DNA of 64,000 nt from positions 1-64,000 of IMG/VR virus record IMGVR_UViG_3300020424_000003; one strand, given 5' to 3'. Numbering within the stretch: position 1 is the stretch's first letter; every line of letters begins with the position of its first letter. A model generated the notes under the pieces. That model was not told where the DNA came from. It searched no databases and saw nothing but the letters and a program-made list of their open reading frames with translations. Both the position numbers and the translations under genes were made by a program. Of this stretch, positions 40,080-48,871 are shown in pieces. The DNA is from a virus.

Positions 40080-40669
40080 AATGGTATGTAGTTCCTATCT
40101 CTTCCGTCTGTGTTAATTGTAAATGTAATTCTATCGCCTGTGCTTTTACTTGCCTGTGTCTTGTGAGTCATCCATCCTGGGAACAATAACACGTCGTTGG
40201 TCTTCACATGAACTTCTTTCCAGTAATCATGAATTGTGTTTTCTGGTATTCTTGAATAGTGTGTCCAGTTAGTTCTCAACAACTGTTCAAACATAAGATT
40301 ACCGCTATCTTCAGGTACCTGCACATAGGCTGATACCACCACATTGGTTGAACCATGATCATGAGGTAATGTATGAGCATTTATATTGTGTATATTGGTC
40401 CAACTTCCTGTGGCTACAATGTCTGTAAACTGAATGTCCCATTCACGTAAACAGATGTCTATTTTTGGTTTTAACCAAATCATAAATTCTCTATTGCACT
40501 CCCACTCGTGTGGTGGGTTTGGATGTCCTGCCGTGGACTTTCCGCCATCAGCTTCTGTCTGATGAAACTCAGCTTCTTTGGCTTGGTAGTCTAAGAATGC
40601 CTGTACATCAAAGCCAGGTTCATAATTATATTTCCAAACTAGGTTAGGTAGTATTTTTACTTCGCTCAT
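40076..40669 (-). CDS. Putative 2OG-Fe(II) oxygenase (TIGR02466-like)
   Basis: SWTN..HDH, FPGWMTH, RITFTIN. Confidence 0.78.
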   Translation of the reverse strand: MSEVKILPNLVWKYNYEPGFDVQAFLDYQAKEAEFHQTEADGGKSTAGHPNPPHEWECNREFMIWLKPKIDICLREWDIQFTDIVATGSWTNIHNINAHTLPHDHGSTNVVVSAYVQVPEDSGNLMFEQLLRTNWTHYSRIPENTIHDYWKEVHVKTNDVLLFPGWMTHKTQASKSTGDRITFTINTDGRDRNYIPL

Positions 40670-40720
40670 TATTATACCTCATTTACACAAAGTATATAAC
40701 AAAAAATAGATTATGTCAAG

Positions 40721-41008
40721 TTAAAGAGCGGCGTTGGTTGCTCTTTTTGCCATTTGGTCGACTGTTGCATCTGCTGGATCAGTAGTTTTAGTCATTGGCT
40801 CTTCACTGTCAGCTTCTTGTTTTGTGGTTAATGTTACACCTTTGTCATCAAAATTTTTGACAAGTTTTTGAACGTCTGGATTGGCATCATATATTTGTTT
40901 GAAGCCATCATAGTCAAACTGTTGTAGATCCATGTTGGTCATTATTTGATTGAGTGCTTCAAAAGACAGATAGGCAGACTGACCTTTACTGTCAGCACTA
41001 CCTATCAT
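40721..41008 (-). CDS. Hypothetical protein; probably the -1 frameshift extension of the upstream gene
   Basis: Frame is open upstream of the ATG to the A9 run at 41078-41086; no clear SD. Confidence 0.55.
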   Translation of the reverse strand: MIGSADSKGQSAYLSFEALNQIMTNMDLQQFDYDGFKQIYDANPDVQKLVKNFDDKGVTLTTKQEADSEEPMTKTTDPADATVDQMAKRATNAAL

Positions 41009-41055
41009 ATTTCTAAATGTTGAGATTAACGCCTCTTTTGAATTTGACGCTTCAG

Positions 41056-42189
41056 TTACTTTGGTTCTTGTGGAGCCTTTTTTTTTGAGTCAGTTAATAA
41101 CTGACCTAATCTTCTGCTACGTTCAACGGATTCTCGTTTTTCCCTGTCCGCTACCTCTTCGCCTCCTGTTGCTGGTTCACTTGCTCCGAACTCATCATCA
41201 GTTGCTACTGGTTCAGCACCGGCCTCCTGGTCAACTGTTGGTTCCATTGGTTCCTCAGCTGGAGCTTCTGGATCTGCACCCATTGGCTCTGGAGCACCTT
41301 CGCCTGTTACGATGGCTACGCCACCTGTTAGTGCTTCTCTTGTAGTTTCAAAAACTGTATATAAATTTTCAAGTGCTGGTTTTACAGTATTGATGAACTC
41401 TTCGCTTTTCTCTGATCCTAATTCATCTCTGATCTTATCGCCTAGTTCAAGCATTGATTCAGTTTGCATTTCTGCTGTATCTTCCATCCAGCCTGTGAGT
41501 CTATCCACCATGTCCTTTGCGGCCATAACTAATGTTGCTTTATCTTCTTCACCCTCTATTAATTTAATGTAGCCTTCTAATGCTTCATTCATTTCTTTCT
41601 TGCAATCTTTGATTAACTGCTTTAATTTGTCTTTGTCTGCATCTGGGTGCATTTTCAACATTTCTGCTTCGGACATTCCATCCTTGCACATTTTCATTAC
41701 GTGTGCTTTTGATGGCATTTTACCTTTTTCTTCTTTTTCTTTGATGTCTTTAGCTTCGTCGTCTTTACCTTGCTTTTTAAGTATTGCTTTCTTTAAGCCT
41801 GCTGGTAATTTTTCTTGACCTTTTGTTAAATCTTCATCAGCTACATCTTCTTTTTTAGCTTCTTTATCCTTAACAGCCTTTTTCATTGGCTCTTTCTTAT
41901 CGCCATCACCATCTATATCGATATAGTCTGGTTTAGCTTTAGCTCTTTCTTCAATTTCTCTGTTGATTACGTCTAGGAACATTTTGCCTTTTTGGTAGGC
42001 ATCGCTTGTATGAACTGTTTCGAAACTTTCGTTGGTTTCAACTTGACTTAATTGTGTTCTAAGTTTGTTACGAGCATCTTCAAGTTGCTCATTAGTGAAA
42101 TCGTTCAAACGAAGTTTGGTTCCGAATGTTTTTGCCAATGACTCATTTAAGTCTTCAGCTGATGTTATTTTAAGTTCATTTAGTTTCAT
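41056..42189 (-). CDS. Acidic probable internal head/scaffold-like protein
   Basis: MKLNEL start, several L/I-x-E sites, DIDGDGD motif, charged helical composition. Confidence 0.5.
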   Translation of the reverse strand: MKLNELKITSAEDLNESLAKTFGTKLRLNDFTNEQLEDARNKLRTQLSQVETNESFETVHTSDAYQKGKMFLDVINREIEERAKAKPDYIDIDGDGDKKEPMKKAVKDKEAKKEDVADEDLTKGQEKLPAGLKKAILKKQGKDDEAKDIKEKEEKGKMPSKAHVMKMCKDGMSEAEMLKMHPDADKDKLKQLIKDCKKEMNEALEGYIKLIEGEEDKATLVMAAKDMVDRLTGWMEDTAEMQTESMLELGDKIRDELGSEKSEEFINTVKPALENLYTVFETTREALTGGVAIVTGEGAPEPMGADPEAPAEEPMEPTVDQEAGAEPVATDDEFGASEPATGGEEVADREKRESVERSRRLGQLLTDSKKKAPQEPK

Positions 42190-42222
42190 AGCACCGTTCC
42201 TATATGTTATTATTATTTATCA

Positions 42223-42660
42223 TCAATCATCAAATATGTATTCGTCTAATTGGCAGATATAGTCGTATGTATGGTCTTTTGCAAGTTCAAACCGCATATA
42301 AGCCATCTCTTTGCGTGTTTCGTCCTGGGTTTGCTCTATGGTATTCTTGTGAAATATGCTGTCCATGTAGTGTTTATTAAGTTTTGAGTCCAAATGTAGG
42401 ACTGTGTTCAATGTTTGCTTGTCTGATCTAGCTCTTGCTTTAGCATAAGCAATGGCTCCACGTTTACTAAAGGTTGTGCCTACTCGTTTATGGGTACCAA
42501 CATCAAACAACAGATATCCACCATCTTTTTTGGATTCTCTGAATATTGTGTTCTTGATTCTTACTGATTTGCCTTTGCCCTTCACATAAGGCATATGGAC
42601 CTTTTGAAGGCCATTTTCCATGATTTCATCTAGGGCTTTTTGTAATTTAGTAGGATTCAT
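42223..42660 (-). CDS. Hypothetical protein
   Basis: ORF in late operon. Confidence 0.55.
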   Translation of the reverse strand: MNPTKLQKALDEIMENGLQKVHMPYVKGKGKSVRIKNTIFRESKKDGGYLLFDVGTHKRVGTTFSKRGAIAYAKARARSDKQTLNTVLHLDSKLNKHYMDSIFHKNTIEQTQDETRKEMAYMRFELAKDHTYDYICQLDEYIFDD

Positions 42661-42856
42661 TTGCAATTACCATTACACTTCCATTATTGGTAATTTTACT
42701 TACCAGAGCTTTTCTAATAAGCCCTTCAATAACGAAACGTTCGCGTTCAGGAAAACTAATTAGGGGCATTGGATAATCCTGCATTCTAGCAAGAACTTCC
42801 TTCTCTTCATTAGTTGTTTGTATACTGAATTCACCTACCAGTTCATTAAGTTTCAT
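42647..42856 (-). CDS. Small protein, MKLNEL N-terminus
   Basis: TAATG coupling. Confidence 0.55.
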   Translation of the reverse strand: MKLNELVGEFSIQTTNEEKEVLARMQDYPMPLISFPERERFVIEGLIRKALVSKITNNGSVMVIANESY

Positions 42857-43308
42857 TAGACTACCTTACCAGCCATTGAATTACCTGCGGCTTGGTCTGC
42901 TTTCTTTTTTACTATAGAATCTAGTTCTTTTTTATTATAAACAAATGCTTGTGGCTCTCCAGGTTTTGCTTCTGGATTTTTAAGTGTTACCATATCACCC
43001 TTTACATCGTCAATATCAAATTCAGTTTCTTTTCCACTTTGCGTTGGCATTGCGATTGAACTACCTTTCTTTAAGATAGCATTCGAAACTTTACTCTGTG
43101 CTTTTTGTACGGCTTTCACTGCCGCTTGGCCAATACCTTTGGCTTTATTGGCTCCTACTTTTCCAAGTTGAGCTCCCATTCTTACACCAGCCTTCGCCGC
43201 CGCGGATCCCATTTTAGCACCTACACGACCTATGGCCGCTCCTATTGCCGGTACTACCTCTACAACCTTGCCGTCTTCCTTGGGCTTGATGAATTCGTTT
43301 GCTCTCAT
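42856..43308 (-). CDS. Probable virion-internal protein
   Basis: MRANEF start; Ala/Gly/Lys-rich segment. Confidence 0.5.
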   Translation of the reverse strand: MRANEFIKPKEDGKVVEVVPAIGAAIGRVGAKMGSAAAKAGVRMGAQLGKVGANKAKGIGQAAVKAVQKAQSKVSNAILKKGSSIAMPTQSGKETEFDIDDVKGDMVTLKNPEAKPGEPQAFVYNKKELDSIVKKKADQAAGNSMAGKVV

Positions 43309-43664
43309 TACTTGCTTCTTCTTCCTGGTTTAAACTTGCGGGCCTTTTTTGCTTTCACAGGTTTATACCTTCTTTGTGTATTCTGTACGTTTGCTTTTGT
43401 TAAACGTTTTGTTAAACCACCAGCTCTTTTAATACGAGCTGATTTAACTTTCATAACACTTGAACGTCTAGCCTTTGCTCTTTTTAAATTAATAGCACTT
43501 CCTACTTTCTTCTGTGCATTACAGGTACTAGGTTGTGCAACAATTCTACCTTTACGTGTTCCTGAGGTACATCTATATTTACGTACAAGTTTGCCTTTGT
43601 TTCTACCCCAAATTTGAACTACGCCTTCCTTAATAGATTCTGTCATTATTTCTTTTATCAACAT
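43308..43664 (-). CDS. Highly basic protein (paralog B)
   Basis: QIWGR..KLVRKYRCTSG.RKGRIV....C. Confidence 0.65.
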   Translation of the reverse strand: MLIKEIMTESIKEGVVQIWGRNKGKLVRKYRCTSGTRKGRIVAQPSTCNAQKKVGSAINLKRAKARRSSVMKVKSARIKRAGGLTKRLTKANVQNTQRRYKPVKAKKARKFKPGRRSK

Positions 43665-43948
43665 TATCTTCTACCGGCCTTGTTTAATGCTTGTACTCTA
43701 CGACTTGCAGGATTTACTCTTTTAGTTCTGCGAGCCTTTCTCATCATTTTAGCCCCAATCCTTGCTCTTGTACGTTTCATTGTTATTCTAGCTTTCATGT
43801 TGGGGGAGGCAAAACATTGACTCATCTGTTTTACAATACGTCCTTTGCGTCTACCAGCTGTGCAACGATACTTTCGCACGACCTTCTTACCAGATCTTGC
43901 CCATATCTGCTTCTCAGTTAATGATTCATATATTTCACGTACTAGCAT
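43664..43948 (-). CDS. Highly basic protein (paralog A)
   Basis: QIWAR..KVVRKYRCTAG.RKGRIV....C. Confidence 0.65.
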   Translation of the reverse strand: MLVREIYESLTEKQIWARSGKKVVRKYRCTAGRRKGRIVKQMSQCFASPNMKARITMKRTRARIGAKMMRKARRTKRVNPASRRVQALNKAGRR

Positions 43949-43991
43949 ACGTGTATTTATGTTGTTAAAGATGTAAAGTAATTAGGTTGGA

Positions 43992-44228
43992 TTATGTAAA
44001 GTTGATAAGGACTACGACTACTGTTGAAAGCAAACCAGCTATAATTGTGCCTGTTGCACCTATAATAACTTTTACCATTGACTTATTACCATGTGTGATA
44101 TCGGCGTGAACGTGTTCAACTTTGGCTTCGATCTTGCTGAGGCGAAGCTCTAAATTGTTATATCTCTGTTCGCACAAATCAACGTGTGCTTCTAAGTTTT
44201 CTCTTTCTAAACTAGTGGCTCTTGCCAT
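43992..44228 (-). CDS. Coiled-coil protein with C-terminal TM
   Basis: LEAHVDLCEQRY heptads then hydrophobic tail; GGAG RBS. Confidence 0.6.
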   Translation of the reverse strand: MARATSLERENLEAHVDLCEQRYNNLELRLSKIEAKVEHVHADITHGNKSMVKVIIGATGTIIAGLLSTVVVVLINFT

Positions 44229-44322
44229 CTTTTTCTCTCCGTTCCTTATTCTATCGTGGAAGGGGCCTATAATCAAATCGCCTAAAGTAAGTTTGCCTAA
44301 TACTTATATATTTACCGTGTGC

Positions 44323-44733
44323 CTACTGCTTTTTATCTGCTAACTTAAAAATGATGTTTTTACTAGCATCATCTTTTGTTCTGAAAGCATTATTATTTAT
44401 CGTAACAGATTCAGTAAGCCCTGCAATAACAGGCACCAAATCAAAGTCATCTACCAATGCATCAACGGTCAAAGCACCTTCCTGCTCAATGTTAAACTTG
44501 AAGTGCCATACATTGTGTTTGCCTTTAAATGATTGACCAAACTCACTATCAGTGATGTCCAATCCACTAACCATAATAGGTTTTTCGTTGAAGTAAGGGT
44601 TTGCTCTAAGTCCTATGACTTGTAAAAATGTGTTCCAATTTGCTTGTTGGTTGATTGCCAAACGATCTTCACTACGGAATTTGGTTTGTCCTGTGTTTGT
44701 TATGTCAATCAATGTTGCGACTTCGAAGTTCAT
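44323..44733 (-). CDS. Jumbo-phage hypothetical protein
   Basis: TLIDITNTG, NQQANW.T..Q...LR; late promoter 5 nt upstream. Confidence 0.6.
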   Translation of the reverse strand: MNFEVATLIDITNTGQTKFRSEDRLAINQQANWNTFLQVIGLRANPYFNEKPIMVSGLDITDSEFGQSFKGKHNVWHFKFNIEQEGALTVDALVDDFDLVPVIAGLTESVTINNNAFRTKDDASKNIIFKLADKKQ

Positions 44734-44751
44734 ATTACTACTTATAGCCAT

Positions 44752-44783
44752 AAAAAAAGGGCTCGAATAAATCCGAGCCCTTT
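44752..44783 (-). terminator. Intrinsic terminator
   Basis: AAAGGGCTCG-gatttatt-CGAGCCCTTTTTTT. Confidence 0.85.
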
Positions 44784-44822
44784 AGTGTGTTTAGTTTTGC
44801 TAAACTTCTTACTAACTTAGAC

Positions 44823-45185
44823 TTACGCCGCTGTTAATGTAGAAGCCGCAACAACAGTTGATCCAGAAACGTCAATGTCGTTTGGTCCTACTGCTGTACC
44901 TAAGTGTCTGATAGCCGCTTGTAAAGAAGCCGCGTCCCACTGTGAACTATCAACTAAGATAGTTGCCGTTCCTGCGTTGGAATCAGTGAAAGATGCACCT
45001 AGTGTGTTAGTTGCCATCATAATTGCTTCAACAACTTCGTTAGCCGCGTCATCTTCTGCTCTGATGTCTTGTGCTGAGTTTGAAGCATTTTTTACTGTTA
45101 CTAAGAAAGCGCCGATGTTAGCACTTGTTCTGTAAGATCCTACAACATAGTTGCCGAATCCTGATACTCTACTTGGTCCTGCCAT
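44823..45185 (-). CDS. Small Ala/Ser-rich probable virion (decoration-like) protein
   Basis: TATAAATA promoter, AGGAG RBS and own terminator. Confidence 0.55.
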   Translation of the reverse strand: MAGPSRVSGFGNYVVGSYRTSANIGAFLVTVKNASNSAQDIRAEDDAANEVVEAIMMATNTLGASFTDSNAGTATILVDSSQWDAASLQAAIRHLGTAVGPNDIDVSGSTVVAASTLTAA

Positions 45186-45271
45186 TTTATTTCTCCTATT
45201 TTCTAATGGCCTTAGAGCGTTCTCTTGCTCTTTGGTTACAAGTATTTATATTATTTTGGAAAAAAGTATGA

Positions 45272-46138
45272 TTATCGGTTCTTTTTGGCTCTATTTTCTA
45301 AACTTCTAAGCATTTGCACATATCCGGGGCCTGCTTTTACTATGTTATCTACTATTAGAATTGCAGGCAAATAACTTTTTACAAACTGTGATGGAATGCT
45401 TTTGCCGTCTTTGGCCATTTCTAAGAACTTCTTTGTACCAACTAAATTTTTAGATCCAACAAGATATCTATACAAAGACAAGTCTCTTGCAGTGACTGAT
45501 ATGTCAGGCATACTTACTGTTGGTTCATTGTCTTTAACTGTGCTTGTTTCTAAATCTCTCTGTGCAACAAGTTCTTCAAGATGTACAATTAAATCACTTG
45601 ATCTAAGTTTTGCTCTTGCGGCAATGGACAATCTTGTTGCTAATCTTTTCTTGTCCATTGTTGTTAATGATTGAAAACTCATTAACGATCTTCTAATTGA
45701 TTTGTAATCTGCGTTGGATATTCTTAATGCAGATTCTAATCCTATAAATGTTTCACTTGTTCGTGATGCTTGACCGTTGCCAAGTGTGGTTAGATATCTA
45801 TTCAAACCATTAAGTGGCACACTGGTACGCCTTGCCACTAGTCTAGCACTATCGGGATCTTTAAGTTTGGAAAGAGCTTCATCATCTCCATTTGCGAAGT
45901 AGATGAAATTATGCAAGTCTGTGCCATGTATCTGAAAACGTCTATAGGAAGTATCGTGTGTTTTCTTTGCATAAGCCATAGCAATAGGCACATACCTTGG
46001 ATATTTTCTCAATAGTTCTAGAACTAGTAAAGACAAGTACAATCTCTCGCAACAATCATTGTAAGTGAGTTTTAAAACATCACTTGAGTTACGAGTCATT
46101 CTTGCTTCATAGAGTTCCTCTATAAAATCAAGTTGCAT
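45272..46138 (-). CDS. Hypothetical, probably virion-associated protein
   Basis: 288-aa ORF in late block; LYE site near the N-terminus. Confidence 0.55.
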   Translation of the reverse strand: MQLDFIEELYEARMTRNSSDVLKLTYNDCCERLYLSLLVLELLRKYPRYVPIAMAYAKKTHDTSYRRFQIHGTDLHNFIYFANGDDEALSKLKDPDSARLVARRTSVPLNGLNRYLTTLGNGQASRTSETFIGLESALRISNADYKSIRRSLMSFQSLTTMDKKRLATRLSIAARAKLRSSDLIVHLEELVAQRDLETSTVKDNEPTVSMPDISVTARDLSLYRYLVGSKNLVGTKKFLEMAKDGKSIPSQFVKSYLPAILIVDNIVKAGPGYVQMLRSLENRAKKNR

Positions 46139-46141
46139 TAG

Positions 46142-47680
46142 TTAGGCTCCTTGTGCGTAACTTGTAGCCATTCTATCGATTTCGTCATCGCTAGGCTCTC
46201 TTCTATCATCATCGTCGTCATCATCTGCAGATGGTTCAGGATCTTTTACAGAACCAATAGCAGGATCAGGCATCTTTTGTCCAACTGCCATTGCTTGTTT
46301 GATAGTTTTCACATCAAGCTCACTTACTTTTTGTAAGTCGCCAAAGCTAGTTGGTCCGCCTGGTGTGCCGAAACGTGTCAATGCATCACCTAACTTCGAT
46401 AATTTATTTCCTAGTGCGATAGCTTCATCGTCTTTGTTCATCTTCATGCCCATGTCCATTATGACTCTACCAATCTTTGCCATTTTGTTTTCTTGTGATT
46501 GGCCTCCTGTCATTCTTGGATCTTCAGGAATAAATTCATTCGCTTTCATGTTTGCTCCTTCCCTTTTGATTGCTCTATTAGCCGCACTAAATCCAGCACG
46601 ATTAACAAATTTTAAATCTCCACCTTGTCGTGACATAACATAACCTTCGCCACCTGGAGTATCACCTATTGATGCTTTGACATCAGTTGACTGTGCGTCA
46701 AGCTGTTTGATAATGTTATCCTTAACATTCATTATGCCGGATACCACTTGCCATAAAGCACCAAAGGCTTTCATGTTTTCATTTATGTAGTTGATTATTT
46801 TTTCTTGTTTAGGTTTACTGACAACACTACTTTGTAACCAACGTACAAAATCTCTGCCTAAATTGTTTAAGCCTGTATCTACCTTGCTGTTTGTATAACT
46901 GTAAAGTATGTTTGAAAAGTCTGAGACTTTCATTTGTTTTAATTTATTTTTGTCCAATAAAGAATCTAATGCACTTGCGTTTGCATTAATGGTTGCACTT
47001 AATTTGTTTATGCCACTCATATCTATTTTTGGTGGCTGTTGTACAGTGACAGGAGGCAACACTAATAATTTGTTACCTTGAAATATATCATAATCTGTTA
47101 AAGGCTTTTCAGTTCCATCAGGGTCAACTATTCTATGAATCACTACCCCAGCATCCGATTGGGCAATTCGTTTTCCTATGTCACTGTCAGCTTGTACCGA
47201 ATAGGAAACCAATTGCGGTTTAAAATTAAATGTGCCATTTTTTTCTTCGGGCCTGTTAAAATATAACAAGTCGCCTTTGAAGTAGCCTCTATAATCTTCA
47301 GGTATTGCCTTTTCAAACACAGGAAAAACATTTTTCATATTATTTGCAAATGCCTTGTAACTGTCTGGCTTCTCGCCACCTTTACCTCTGCCTAATAACA
47401 TTTTCTCAACGTCATCTCCTGATTTACTTTTTCCATCATAACCTTTTGCAACAAAGCCTGACTTGTCAGTGAAAATAAAATCACCCTTGTCATCTCTGCC
47501 AAATATCACTGCTGGACTTCCGTCCCATTTAATTGTTGTGGATTGTGTGTCACCTGCCGCCAAGTCTTTGAAAGCTTCTAAAACTCTGATAGCACCTTTA
47601 CTACCTTCAAAGAAGATTACATCTTCTGCATGGTCAATACGAGCACCTTCATTTACTATTTTAAATTCTTCAAATTTCAT
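46142..47680 (-). CDS. Conserved T4-like phage protein (KWDGSPA family) with appended C-terminal module
   Basis: RIDHAED, TIKWDGSPAVIFG, GEGYV, KFVNR..FS..N; internal SD+ATG at 46549. Confidence 0.6.
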   Translation of the reverse strand: MKFEEFKIVNEGARIDHAEDVIFFEGSKGAIRVLEAFKDLAAGDTQSTTIKWDGSPAVIFGRDDKGDFIFTDKSGFVAKGYDGKSKSGDDVEKMLLGRGKGGEKPDSYKAFANNMKNVFPVFEKAIPEDYRGYFKGDLLYFNRPEEKNGTFNFKPQLVSYSVQADSDIGKRIAQSDAGVVIHRIVDPDGTEKPLTDYDIFQGNKLLVLPPVTVQQPPKIDMSGINKLSATINANASALDSLLDKNKLKQMKVSDFSNILYSYTNSKVDTGLNNLGRDFVRWLQSSVVSKPKQEKIINYINENMKAFGALWQVVSGIMNVKDNIIKQLDAQSTDVKASIGDTPGGEGYVMSRQGGDLKFVNRAGFSAANRAIKREGANMKANEFIPEDPRMTGGQSQENKMAKIGRVIMDMGMKMNKDDEAIALGNKLSKLGDALTRFGTPGGPTSFGDLQKVSELDVKTIKQAMAVGQKMPDPAIGSVKDPEPSADDDDDDDRREPSDDEIDRMATSYAQGA

Positions 47681-48375
47681 TACGGTAACTTCAAGCCTTC
47701 TTTGTCAAAGTAATCCTTTGCGTCTTTAACTAGATTTTCATAGTTGGGATCTGTTTTAATTTTAGCATTGATAGTTTCAACACTTCTCATATCGTCAGCA
47801 CTTGCTCCATCTCCTAGCAATACTTTTGCTACCTCATTTGGATCTTTGGTTACTGGCTCGTTAGTGATTCTATCTACCAACCCATTTGTTGGTGACCATT
47901 TGTAACCCTGTGCTTTTGCAACAGAGGCAATCATGATCATTCTGTGTTGTCCTTTGAATTCACTATCTGCCGCACCACGCAAGGCAAACTTCATAAACTT
48001 GGGATCACCAAACATAAGATCAGTTTGTACAAATCCGTTCTTGGCATCACCTTTGATTGGAGTCTTAAAATGTACACTTACACCAGACTTGGCTATCCAA
48101 GATCTATCATCGTCCTTTGGAGCATTTGAATCTTTCCAGGCTTTAAGTTTTCCTACAAGAGCATCTTTGTTGACCTTCTCTTTGTCAACTGCAACATCTA
48201 AGTCACCACTGGTAGGTTTGATACCTGTGCTACCTAGCATGAAGTTTACATGATCAAGTCCTGTGATCTTCTCCAACCATTTAAGTGTTGGCTCTACGTC
48301 AGCTTGGTTAATTCTCTGTGTTGCGTCCTGTCCGTCTGGTGTTTTGAATACGTTACCGCCTTCATTTAGTATCAT
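47680..48375 (-). CDS. Nucleotidyltransferase-like protein
   Basis: LGSTG..SGDLDVAVD and VQTDLM (Pol-beta-like GS..DxD). Confidence 0.6.
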   Translation of the reverse strand: MILNEGGNVFKTPDGQDATQRINQADVEPTLKWLEKITGLDHVNFMLGSTGIKPTSGDLDVAVDKEKVNKDALVGKLKAWKDSNAPKDDDRSWIAKSGVSVHFKTPIKGDAKNGFVQTDLMFGDPKFMKFALRGAADSEFKGQHRMIMIASVAKAQGYKWSPTNGLVDRITNEPVTKDPNEVAKVLLGDGASADDMRSVETINAKIKTDPNYENLVKDAKDYFDKEGLKLP

Positions 48376-48634
48376 GGCCCTGATCCTTTTTGTCTTCAAT
48401 TATCTTGTCAATTCCGCGTTTGAACTTTCTAGGATCGCCACTTCTGATACTGTTAATAAAACGTCTTTCCATTTCTTGTGCAACCTCAGGACTATATGAT
48501 TCTGTAATACGATTCAACAGATTGATACTGCTTTCTATCAGATTATTACCTGTAGACTGTATTAAGGCATCGTTATTGCTAGTTCTGTTGATAGAACTCA
48601 ATTCCTGTAATATTGATCTAGTACGTTTTCTCAT
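48362..48634 (-). CDS. Hypothetical protein
   Basis: TRSILQEL..ERRFINSIR..DPRKF. Confidence 0.6.
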   Translation of the reverse strand: MRKRTRSILQELSSINRTSNNDALIQSTGNNLIESSINLLNRITESYSPEVAQEMERRFINSIRSGDPRKFKRGIDKIIEDKKDQGHDTK

Positions 48635-48734
48635 GGCTTATATTCCCTATAACTGTATTTAGTGTTATCAAAATAAATATTTCGCCGTATTCGGTTGACA
48701 AAATTGCTAATACTATTATATACTAGTTGCAAAT

Positions 48735-48808
48735 GCGGGTGTCGTATAGTGGTAATACCTCAGCCTTCCAAGCTGATGCTAGGAGTTCGATTCTCCTCAC
48801 CCGCTCCA
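48735..48808 (+). tRNA. tRNA-Gly (TCC)
   Basis: GCGGGTG/CACCCGC, loop CTTCCAA, CCA; TTGACA promoter upstream. Confidence 0.93.
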
Positions 48809-48871
48809 TACCCAATTACATTTAAATTATATAAGCAGATAAATATACTTGAATAAGGAGATAGCAAGTAT

